Source: Octopus vulgaris
Lineage: Eukaryota
Direction: 5' to 3'
NCBI GenBank assembly: GCA_951406725.2
Contig: OX597824.1
Location: 3,100,001 to 3,164,000, forward strand
Length of the DNA stretch: 64,000 nt
Made by a program: the position numbers and the translations under genes. Below the pieces are notes generated by a model that was not told the DNA's origin, did no database searches, and worked only from the letters and a program-made list of their open reading frames with translations. Positions 1-12,210 of the stretch are shown in pieces. Position 1 is the first letter of the stretch. Each line of letters opens with the position of its first letter.

Positions 1-701
1 TGACCATCACATCTCCCAAGCATATATGAGCCATAGTGTACAAGTATACACACACTCACAGACACACACACACACACACATGCATATATTCTTTTATTTT
101 AAAAGATTGTTTTTATATTTTCAGTTCAGAAAAAGAGAGAGAGAGAATGAGAGAGAGGGGGAGAGAAAGAGACATATACACAGAGACAAAGAAAGAAAGA
201 GGGTGAATGTTGGATAGATAGACTGATACAGAGAGATAGGAACAATATATACAAATATAGATACATAGAAATATATATATATATTATATATATATATATG
301 AGTTAGGTGATACTAATAACGTGGTATTTGGACTCGATATACATATAAGGTTGAGAAAAAAAAAGTTAACCGAGTGCAGAACGTAATAAGGGTTTTATAG
401 AAATGAGAAGGGAGCAAGGGATTATGTGAGCAACTTCATTAGCTTACAGCTGTTTCTGCTATAAGAGGCAATGCACTTATAGTTGAGTGTTTGTGCTTCA
501 CTTTATTGCTTCGTCGGCGCTTCAAAATGAAGTGCAATATTATTGGGGGAAGACATTTATACATATATAAATGTATATGTATATATACATACATGCATAT
601 ATATATATATGTGTGTGTGTGCATGTGTGTATACATATATATATATATATGATACTCATCAACATCGATTGCTTTCCCACTGCTTGGAGCTCCGAGGAAG
701 C

Positions 702-732
<31 letters not shown>

Positions 733-1751
733 GGGGGGGAGGGAGAGAGAGTCTCTCTTCTTTCTGCCTTTTGTCCATCTTCTATTTTTATCTAATCTCG
801 TCTAAATCGTATGCTGTGATTAGAGGAAGATTTGGCTGCTACTCTTAGCATTTTATGCAATGCAACAAAATGGTGACTTCTCCGGTGAAACTCGGGGTAA
901 CATTTTTATTGAGACTTGCTGATTTACAGACTTGAAGATGTACAATCGAGAATCAGGATATAAGACTGTTGGTATGATTTAAAGAGACTTGAGGCGGGGA
1001 AATGGCAGAATATTCAGCAAGCCTGGCAAAATGTTTTGCAGGATTCCATCTTGCTATTTAGGTTTTGAGTTCAAATTCCGGTTGGAATCGATAAAATAAA
1101 TGCTCGTTGAGTACTTGTGTCGATGTAAATGACTAGCCACTCACCTAATATTTCAGACTTGTGCCTATAAGAGAAAGAATTATTTAAAGGGGCAAAAAAG
1201 TGGCGAGCTGGCAGAAGTGTTCGAGCGTTTAACAAAATGCTTGGCAGCATCTTTTCCGACTCCATACGTTTTGAGTTCAAATTTCGCCGAAGAGAGTTTT
1301 ACCTTGCATCTTTTTTTTAGTGTCGATAAAATGATTACCAAGTGATGTAATAATCAACCATTCTACCGTCCACGAAGTTGCAAGCCTCCAGCCAAAATCC
1401 GAAACTTCTGTTTAAAGAGACAAACTATAAAATGATTTGCGTATAAAAATCATTTTCCAGGGTATTCTTCACTTTACTATTTATTTCGTTCAGCCATTGG
1501 ACTACGGCCAGTCTGGGGCATTCCCATGCACATTTTTAAACCTAGTAATTATTCCATGGGTTTCCTTTTGCCGAACCGCTAGGTTCGTAAATAAATCAAC
1601 GCCAGTTGTTAAGTGATGGTGGGGGAGAAATACAAACACCGTCACACAATCACACACATATATACCTACACAAACGCACACGAACACACACACACACACA
1701 CACACACAGATATGCATATGGAGCCACGTGAAAGGAAACACAAATAGTAAG

Positions 1752-2157
1752 TGTTGTTCCACAGGGCACTGTCTTAAATCCAGTGCAGTTCATAGCGGCC
1801 TTCTCAGCCTCTCAGACTTGCCCTCAGCTTTGCTCGGATAGCCACCCTTGCTAGCTATGCAGATAACACGAAAGTCTCTCAAAGGACACACTGGCCCAGG
1901 AGGAACTGCAATCTCTAAATCAAAATCAGTGCAGGATCTGGGCACTGACATGTGTAATGATGCAGCTTTCCAGTTGCATATTACTGATCAGGCATTAAAA
2001 CAACAGACGGCTAGCTAGATGGATCCTTCGAACTTTCAGGAAAGAACAAGAAACTATGATGGTCCTTTGGAGGACATATATCTTTAGCCGCTTAGACTAC
2101 CGCACCCAGCTATGGTCACTGCACAGTGACCATATATATATATATATATACATACAT

Positions 2158-2232
<75 letters not shown>

Positions 2233-2283
2233 TGTGTACATTAGACTACCGTTCCCAGCTATGGTCACTGCACAGTATAAAAT
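1752..2283 (+). mobile_element. CR1-clade LINE RT fragment
   Basis: VPQGTVL..., ATLASYADNTKVSQ (YADD), SVQDLGTDM, WILRTF..ETMMVLWRTYIFSRLDY.TQLWS. Homologous to 48510-49215. Confidence 0.85.
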
Positions 2284-2308
2284 GTACGCAATATATATAT
2301 ATGTATAT

Positions 2309-2374
<66 letters not shown>

Positions 2375-2463
2375 GGAATAACCTATTTTGAATACCTAAC
2401 TGAGAGCGAACCGGTAAATGCTTGGGGGTAAACCTTTACTATTTACGTATATGTGTGTGTGTG

Positions 2464-2535
<72 letters not shown>

Positions 2536-3077
2536 CGTGTGTGTGTGTGTACATATATATTACATGCGGTGGGTTTCTTTCAGTTTTCGCCTACTAAATC
2601 CATTTGCAAGGTTCCAGGTAAGAAGAAAACCTTTGAGACTGAACCCGGATCCATGCGGTTGGGAAGCTAGTTTCTTACCACACAGCTACATCTCTTTCTT
2701 TAAGTTTTTGTTTTGATTTCTGAATTGAGCTTAGGTAAATCGATAATTTTGGGGGTTCTGTCAAATCCATTCCCCACGACATACAACGAGAGATTTTTAA
2801 GTCATTTTTAAGCAGTAAATAATAGGGTTGAAGTTATACAAATACGCTGAAAGAATGATTTCTCTAAAACATTAACGTTTACTGTTGTGCAAAGCATGTT
2901 TCAGTTCTGCGCATGCGCTGCCAGTCAGCCAGGAGATTTTGGAAGGGATTATATGTATTTGTTGAGGATTATTGCATATGTGTGCGTGTGTGTATGTGTG
3001 TGTGCATATGTGTATATGTGTGTGTATGTATATGTAACAATCTATCTATCCATGTATATATAGATAGATCGATAGAC

Positions 3078-3111
<34 letters not shown>

Positions 3112-3132
3112 GTAGGTTGGTAGATAGGTAGG

Positions 3133-3199
<67 letters not shown>

Positions 3200-3200
3200 G

Positions 3201-3312
<112 letters not shown>

Positions 3313-3339
3313 CAGACAGGCAGACAGACAAACAGATAG

Positions 3340-4842
3340 GTTAGTGGTTCGTCGGTTATTGTCGATGATGGCCAAGGACATGAAATGGGAGAAGATGAGG
3401 CATAATGTGCCTGACCGTGAGCGATCAGTCGAATGCCAGCTGGGAAGACTTTGCTGCAGGTCGGGCCCTGGACGTCTGCTGGGACTGAACGCAAAGAGCT
3501 GGCTCTGTACCTGCGCAGTTTACGTTTTCAGTCCTGTATAAATTCGCCAGTTAAGGCTGTCTTGCGTTTGCAAGATTTCGGCGTTGATCTGAAATTTCTT
3601 CAGTGAGAATTTGGGCGTATTCTTGAAGCGCTTTTTCTGTCCACCTTTCGTGTGCTTGCCCTCCGCCAGTTCGCTGTAAAACATCATCTTAGTAGGTCGT
3701 GTGTCAGGCACTCGAACAAGGTGGCCTGCCCACACGACACGCTCTCTCTTCAGCAGAGTGTAAATGCTTGGGTGATCAGCTCGAGAGAGGACCGTCGTGT
3801 CTTGAACCTTATTTTTCCATGTGATTTTCAATATCAGTGGAAGCTGTTTAACTTTAAGGTGCGGTATTCATTAACTGCCTAAATTTCCTCTCCACACTAA
3901 TGCTGAGTTTCCCTTGGTGATGCGTGTATCAACTTCATCGTCAGCGTTGACAGATCTGGAAAGTGTGCTGCCGAGGCACGTGAACTTATCAACAACCTTC
4001 AGGGTCTCCCCTTCAGCAGTGATATCTGGTTCCACATACGTCTTTTGGGGGGCAGGAATCTATCTTCTGAGTATTGATTGTGCAGCCAAAGTTGTTGTAA
4101 GCAATGGCAAAGTAGCCCATGCTTTGCTTCCTCTGGGCCCCTGTGGAAGCATTGAGTGCGCAGTCGCCTGCAAACAGGAAGTTGCGCACTGAGTCCTCTT
4201 CTGCCTTGGTCTTGTTCTGTAACCTCTGTAGTCTTGAATCTGATTTTAATGCTAGTCTTGTACCCATTGTAGGAGGCCTTCGACAGCTAAGAACAGCATA
4301 CTAAACGGTTAGGGGCAAATGCATAACCCTGCTTGACTTTGTGACTGGGAATGCGTCGGAAGATTATCCACTGTCCAGTGCACGTGCGAGCATACCGCCG
4401 TAGAACTGTTGTACCACGCTGAAAAATTTATCCGAGCGGCCGAACTTTCCCATGATCTCCCAAAGCCCCACTTGACTGACGATGTCAAAGGCCTTAGGTT
4501 TACAAACGTCGTATACAAATCCCTGTTCTGATCTGGAACTTCTCCTGAAGATGTGCGGCAGAGATCATGTTGACTTTTCCACAGCCCTCTCTGAGGCTAC
4601 ACTGACTCTTTGGCATGGGTATCTGGATGGAGTAGTACTACCTCTGATGAGGGAACATGTGTTGCTCTATGGAGTAGTTCGTCCGCTTTGGTCCTCACTT
4701 TGCACCCAGCTCTCATGTGTGGATCCTCGTAACTGTATGCATGTTAGAGCAACCATACTCCGGGAAACAGCTTTCACAGTCCGGATAAACCATGGTGAAC
4801 GTAGCCGACGACTCTCAAACCCTCGGTGAGCTAGGGCTTGTC
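3340..4842 (-). mobile_element. RTE-clade (BovB-like) LINE relic, internally deleted
   Basis: PESQC motif; FVxL.KAF-like segment; VRNFLFAGDCALNA (FADD); ITWKNKVQDTTVLSRADHPSIYTLL..WAGHLVRVPDTRPTKMMFYSELAEGK..GGQKKRFK; C-terminal [19 protein letters not shown] zinc-finger-like end. The 3' end abuts (GATA)n. A 5'UTR-like stretch (4660-4842) is joined to RT with no endonuclease. Confidence 0.9.
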
Positions 4843-5101
4843 TACATACGTTGTGAATACTTGACATCTACATATGCATATGTATATGTATACAGATATC
4901 TGTGTACATATATATATATATAAATAGAACAAATAAGCGAAGTGAGGTGACAGAGTAGATGTTTATTCCATACGTTTATAGCTGTTTCATTATCTTCTTA
5001 GATATATAATAGATGTTACATCAATGTTAACATACGAATTAAATAAACGTAGACAAGCATAAATAAATGTGTGTGCGTGTGTGTATCGATATGTGTGTAT
5101 G

Positions 5102-5155
<54 letters not shown>

Positions 5156-5299
5156 GATATGTAGAAGGATACAGATACGAGAACCAACACGCTAATCCTC
5201 AGAACCATACTTGGTCTTTGAAAACGTCAACTTTGCGACAGACAGGAAACTGACTCTATATATATCCACAGGCATGTCGGTATACGGATACATACATGC

Positions 5300-5330
<31 letters not shown>

Positions 5331-5523
5331 CATACATACAACCAGAAAGGAGAAAACTACAAATCCACTTCATCACTGGAACTGTAAAACTCTGTAAAAC
5401 ATTCCAGAAGTTCAGCATTTAAGAATATATGAGCATGTCTGGATATGCAACTGTGTGCATGAGAATACATACGTGAAGCAAAACATAAATCTGCGCATAC
5501 GCATACATACATAATGCACACAC

Positions 5524-6000
<477 letters not shown>

Positions 6001-6959
6001 TGCATATACTTATATATATGTGTCACTGTATTTTCTATACTATCAGATGGCTTTTATACACGGCTGGTCGCAATGTGCTTCAAAGCATTGTTACAGCTTC
6101 CGAATGAGGCCACTATGTCGGCCAGTTGAGAAGGTCAGTATTCCATGTGACCAGAACGCCAGTCTATGGCAATGTTACCTATTGGCGGCTGAGCCGACTG
6201 GTGCAGCATGGAATGAAGTGTTTTGCTCAAAAGCACTACACACCACTTGTCTGAGAATGGAAACCACAATCTTGTGAACGTGACTGTAACACGCTTACCA
6301 CACGACACACACGCGCAGATGTGCGACCACACATGCACAGACACACGCACGCACACTCATAATAAAATAATATGCAGAGATATTAGTAGACTACCCGAAT
6401 AATCTAGACTGTAACATAACCGAATAAATTGATCTTAATGAGGAATTGTTCTAAATGATGATATAATCTGTTTAATAGAACTCGTTTGGATTTATTGTGA
6501 AAAGTTATCTTTCATGTCAGACATAAAATTGTAATCTATTACGTCTGGTGTCTAATGTACTGTGCTACAGATAGATGTTCAATATTATTAATATATTTTG
6601 TAATTTAATTGTATATATGACGTATATTTAATTCAATCTTATAAAAGAAGATCATAGGGTTAAATTAGAGTGAAAATAGTGTTATTTCATTTCATTTATT
6701 GAACGTTGTATATTATGCTTTAATCTTGAAATTATTTGAAAAATATGTAGAAGCCAGTGTGTTGCGAAGTAAGCCACTCATTAACACATATTTTTCTTAT
6801 AATGTACGGAAACTGGAGTGTTCAGGGAAAACCTACGTGTCTGTATAGTAGAACTGCAAAACTTGCATTGGTAAAGAAATTATATTAAGAGTTGTTATGA
6901 GTGCTCCGATTTATATGGTATTAAATCTGCCCCCATCATAGTCTTGGCAATTACGAACA

Positions 6960-8190
6960 TTGTTCTGACAGCTCTTCACAATATACGATGTTGTTTTTTT
7001 TTTTTCATCTGTTTTACCAACTGGTGTATATATAAAGAGATTATGGTTGCTTCTCGCTCTTAAGAATCTTAAATATACCTGGTCTTTTGCAAAGTAGATT
7101 TCCGTAAGATGCAGTCCAGCAACTGTCAGTGTTTACTCTTGGGATTTATCGATTGACATGGCAAAGCTTAGACGCTCTTGAAACCGAAGTCTTCGAAATC
7201 AAAAGCCACATCTGCTGATGTGAATAAAATTCTGACCATAATTTCATCTTGTCGTTTTGGGTCACCAGTTAGATTATTAGTTTTAATGACATCCGACATA
7301 AACGTGTAAACCATTTCTCTTGTGTTCGTTGCAGAGATGCAGCTGATCTAAATTACAGAACAACATTATTGGGGATCGTCAAACTATTTCTTCTTGCTAC
7401 ACAGCGGCGCCTATTGATTTCTCACTATGGTTATTTCAGCGCCTACAACACATGTCAGTTTATGCGGTAGACTAAGCACATCATTCACACAATCACTTGT
7501 GAAGTGAGTTAGTTTATGATGTTGACGGTTGAGGAACACTTTTCGTATCGAATCGTCTTAATCTGTGCGCTTATAAGAGTTAAGGCCATGGCACATTCCT
7601 ACCAGAAAGAATTCTTCCCTCTCCAGATCGTAAGAAGATTTTGGAAAAATGACCTCACAGCTGATCTAAAACATAGACCCTCTAGTTTGCACTAGTTGTA
7701 GACAATTTGAATTATGTAAGTTTGGTCTTAAACATTAACGATTTAAGGCAAGTATGAATTTCGCCGACTTTTGCTTTTTCCTTTTTTGTAATCGTTGGCA
7801 GAGTCTGATAACACCACCAGCACCACTACTCACGTTTGAGGTCAATTTTCACTGCAGGTCCTGCAATGTCATGCCCAGACCTCCAAAGTACCCATGTGAA
7901 CCTTTGTGCATTCGACCCAGAAAAAAAACATTTGGAATCTGCCCGGTTCCTGAACTTTTGGCAATATTGTTAAAAGATGCATCATTTATACCCAAATCTA
8001 AGAGGCTTGAAAACAGAGAGTACAATAGGGCTCCCGTAAAACAACATAACTGCAATCTCTGAAGAGATGGGTTCTAACAACATTGAAGAGCTCTTTCTTC
8101 GTGCAAGGCCCAAGAAGCAATGCAGATATGATAGAATCAATTTGTTTTAAGTGAATCGCTACTCCAAACCAAATTAAAATGTGCGCTTGT
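6960..8190 (-). mobile_element. Degenerate Helitron RepHel PIF1-helicase coding relic (many stops and frameshifts)
   Basis: Minus-strand translation across frames gives collinear PIF1 motifs: SSEIAVML (SSGIAATLL), WVECTKVHMGTLE (WDECTMAHK..LE), YQTLPTITKKEKAKVGEIHTCLKS (FRQTLPVI...EINACLKS), LPHKLTCVVGAEITIVRN (PPHKLxLKVGAPIMLLRN), RLSFAMSIDKSQE*TLTVAGLHL (RLAFAMTINKSQGQTL), NLFIYTPVGKT..NIVY. Confidence 0.85.
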
Positions 8191-8679
8191 AACAAGTCCG
8201 CTTAATCCATGGCATTATTGATGAAAACATCGATAGAAGCCAATTTCTTTTGAAGGAGACTAAGTTTGGTTGTGACCGTAATTTTAACTTGCATCCACAA
8301 AATTTATCTTCCTGCTTGAATTAATTAAACTCAGGTGTCATGTCTAATCAATAGCTAACACGTGTACCATCATAATTAGCGGAAGTTCTACAGTAATCAA
8401 GCCCTCTGCTAATATTGTCACTTTGCTAGTGATTTATAGAGGTGGGGGAGGGAAAAGATTTTGCGGTAGAGAGGCGAAAATATGTGACAAAGAGAGAGAG
8501 AGTGGGAGGGGAGAGAGAAAGAGACAGGCGGACTGACACACAGACAGAGGAAGTTGACAAAAAAGAAACAAACAGAAATAGATCGCAATAGAAAGAGCCA
8601 GGGAGAAAGAAATAAACACACAGGAAGTAAGAATGCCTTCAATGTAGCGAGAGGAAGGATTGTAGAGAAATACAACATT

Positions 8680-8953
8680 GAGGTGGTGGTAGCGTGGTCT
8701 AGTGGTTTCATTACTGCACTCACGATCACTAGACCGTGGGTTCGCTTCCCGGCCCAAGAGGTGCGTTGTGTTCTTGAGTAAAACACCTCATTTCCCTTTG
8801 CTCAGCTGTAAATGGGTCCGACTCCGACGGATTCGCCTGCTCGCCTAGCCAGCAGGGTGGATTCATTCGAAAGCTAAAACGATGCTATAAGCACATCGTG
8901 AGCAGCGATGTAAAACAACATCTGATAGTCTGGTCAATTATATGACGTGTGAT
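8680..8953 (+). mobile_element. tRNA-derived SINE sharing its 3' tail with 10904-11216
   Basis: A box tggtctagtgg, B box ggttcgcttcc, 3' part gctcgcctagccagcagggtgg...acatctgatagtctggtc. Confidence 0.75.
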
Positions 8954-8963
8954 TTTATATATA

Positions 8964-9030
<67 letters not shown>

Positions 9031-9035
9031 GTATA

Positions 9036-9077
<42 letters not shown>

Positions 9078-9344
9078 TACATAAATATAAATATATATAT
9101 ATACACATACATACATACATATAAATATATATATACATATATACATACACACACACACATATATATATACATATATATATATATATAAATTAATGAAAAC
9201 TGTGTGGTAAATAACGTATACTGAATGTATATGTATAAATGTGTGAGTGTGCGTGTGAATATATAAAAATATTTGTGTATATGTGTGTCTCTGTGTCTGT
9301 GTGTAGATATATATATATATATTTATATCTGTATACACACACAT

Positions 9345-9489
<145 letters not shown>

Positions 9490-9984
9490 TAGCCCCGATC
9501 CATACATAACTTTTTCCACTTGGTTTGATTAGTTCATTTCAACTCCTTCATCTTTACACTAAATCGATATCAGACGAAATTACAAACGACATGCTTCATT
9601 GGATTTCAACAATTGTTTCTTTTCATCTCTTACACTCTTCTTTTTCTTATTTTCTAAATGTTTTTTCTTCCTCTACTATAAGAAAAACAATAATAATGAC
9701 ACAAAATATAAGTTAGATACATCTTAATTATTCCTGCTTGTTGTAAGAATTATATTTATTTATATATTTATTTTATATTATTACATTTTCGTTTTGATAC
9801 ACGCATATATACATATGTATATGTGTATGTGCGTGTGTCTGTGTTTGTGTGCGTGAGTATAAGCAAACAAACACACACAGATATACAAATGCACACATAC
9901 ACATGTATATATACATACATACATGCATGCATTTATAAATATATATATATATATACCATATGTACCTATAGGCATGCGCACACA

Positions 9985-10019
<35 letters not shown>

Positions 10020-10443
10020 ATGTATATTCACAGGGCCAGACTGCTAGGGCAAGACTCCTAGCAGCCTTGCCCTGTCAATATACACATATATTAGAACTTT
10101 CTCTGACTTCTCAGATTTTTTGTATGCTAGACTACTGGTTTTAAATTGATATTAAAATTAATATTAATTCATCTCCCTCATTATTTAAATTTTATATATA
10201 TATATATACATACATACATACATACATACATACATACATACATACATACATACATACATAAATACACGCACACATACACACATATAGATATATAATGTGA
10301 AGAAACAAAATACCTGGTAATGCAGTCCGCAAACATGACACCGATTAAAGATAGATTTAAAGGGCAATTTTACATGATACATTAAGAATATATAAACAAA
10401 CAGGTACTTGTTTTTTAAATCTATAAATAAATAAATATATTAA

Positions 10444-10499
<56 letters not shown>

Positions 10500-10532
10500 T
10501 TAATATATTTATTTATTTATGGATTTAAAAAG

Positions 10533-10570
<38 letters not shown>

Positions 10571-10844
10571 GAAGTGGTGATGGAAACTAACTAAGAGATA
10601 CGATTAGGAGTTAAAATTCGTAATAGTTAACATTAGTTAAAGTTGGGTACCAACGGCCGTTTCTGGGTGTTCATTGCAGGAAAAAAATAATGGGATATAA
10701 AACCCATTATTTGGCGATTCCTCTTTCTCAGGGGTAACGAATTTTCCATGATGACAATTATTTATATCTTTCATCCCAAGTTACACTTGAGCACTTCTAA
10801 GTACAAACCTCTATATGGTGAGAGAATTTCTAATCAATCTTCTT

Positions 10845-10901
<57 letters not shown>

Positions 10902-10903
10902 GT

Positions 10904-11216
10904 GGAGGCGCAATGGCCCAGTGGTTAGGGCAGTGGACTCGAGGTCGTAGGATCGCGGTTCCGATTCCCAGACTGGGTGTTGTGTGTGTTTATTGAACGA
11001 AAACACCTAAAAACTCCACGAGGCTCCGGCAGGGGGTGGTGGCGATCCCTGCTGTACTCTTTCACCACAACTTTCTCTCTTCTCCTTCTTCTGTTGGCCT
11101 GCTCGATTAGCCAGCGGGGTGGCGTCATTTGAAGGCTAAAACAATGCGAAGCGCATTGTGACCAGCGATATGTAACAACATCTGATAGTCTGGTCGGTCA
11201 CGGTGATCACGGTGAT
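10904..11216 (+). mobile_element. tRNA(Arg)-derived SINE, full length
   Basis: A box TGGCCCAGTGG, anticodon-like arm gactcgaggtc, B box GGTTCCGATTCC, tail ..acatctgatagtctggtcggtcacggtgat. Relatives at 8680-8953 and 50801-51090. Confidence 0.85.
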
Positions 11217-11648
11217 ATATATATACATGCATACATACATACATACATACATACATACATACATACATACATACATACATACATGCATGCATACATACAT
11301 ACATACATACATACATACATACATACATACATACATACATACATACATGCATACATACATACATACATACATACATACATACATACATACATACAAAACT
11401 AACATCAGCAGCGCTGTTTATTTAGATTATAAATCATTTGACAATTATTAAGCGACATTTTATTATTGCTGTGTCCATTTCTTTTCGTTAACATTATTCG
11501 TACAACGAAATGGGCAAAAGACAGAATTTGCCCACTCCCCGCCCTCCTCCTGTATTTCAACAAACTGACGGCAACACAAACACTAACCACAACAACAAAT
11601 GAAATAAGAAATAACTTGTAATTTTTCAGAGGTTTGATTTATGTGTGA

Positions 11649-11722
<74 letters not shown>

Positions 11723-11823
11723 ATAGAAATGGTAATACAAAAAAAAAAGAATAAAACAGACCTCGATATATGTAAACAGAGGAACTTATCAGTAAATATA
11801 TGTGTCAATTATTCGTTAGCCAT

Positions 11824-11884
11824 GATAAAACTCCGAGTTTTGGATGTCGGGGCGGAAACCCGACCCGGCATCTCTTCAGTTATC
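11824..11884 (-). ncRNA. Type I minimal hammerhead ribozyme-like motif (G12 mutated)
   Basis: Minus strand: GAUAA-CUGAAGA-GAUG[...]CAUC-C-AAAA-CUC G GAG-UU-UUAUC. Stem I GAUAA/UUAUC, canonical CUGANGA, stem II, GAAA changed to AAAA (consistent with CpG decay), near-palindromic stem III, GUU site. Confidence 0.6.
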
Positions 11885-12023
11885 GGGCCATCAAAAAATG
11901 CTATGAAAATGACCGTTAAACAAAAGGAAATTACTGTGTGTGACCGTTATTAAGACAAAAGAGCTATTAGAACCGAGATGACAATTTGATCAATTTTGAT
12001 CAAATTGTCGTCTCGGTTCCATT

Positions 12024-12080
12024 TTAACAAAACTGACCGACGAACGGGAAGGTGAAACTCCGAGTAGCAGCTTTTGTTAA
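12024..12080 (+). ncRNA. Type I hammerhead ribozyme-like motif (U4 mutated)
   Basis: UUAACAAAACUGA-CCGACGA-AC GGGAAG GU-GAAA-CUC C GAG-UA-GCAGCUUUUGUUAA. Long stem I, CUGANGA with U4 changed to C, 2-bp stem II, intact GAAA, GUA site. Confidence 0.55.
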
Positions 12081-12172
12081 ATTTCTGCTGCTTTTAAATA
12101 AAGCATATTACTCTACCTCTGGTATTTGAGTACTCTTTTTTCCACCTTGTTTCACACTTATGTGTTTACTCC

Positions 12173-12210
<38 letters not shown>

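Larger units (their letters stand above)
11790..12175. mobile_element. Short element in (TA)n carrying two opposing hammerhead-like motifs and a central hairpin
   Basis: Complex island flanked by (TA)n on both sides. Minus motif 11824-11884, 24-bp stem-loop 11970-12019, plus motif 12024-12080, then AATAAA. Confidence 0.6.

Noticed and set aside
2908-2918. NRF1/ewg-type site TGCGCATGCGC as a promoter
   Set aside because: A single motif with no exon or other promoter evidence nearby; insufficient support.
7250-8000. piggyBac transposase, suggested by QYCQK.., GGVIRLCQRL and VPQP fragments
   Set aside because: Other frames give many more, stronger and collinear PIF1/Helitron motifs; the piggyBac-like words are coincidental.
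10904-10980. Functional tRNA-Arg gene
   Set aside because: It is the head of a multi-copy SINE: no proper acceptor stem, and it continues into the SINE body.
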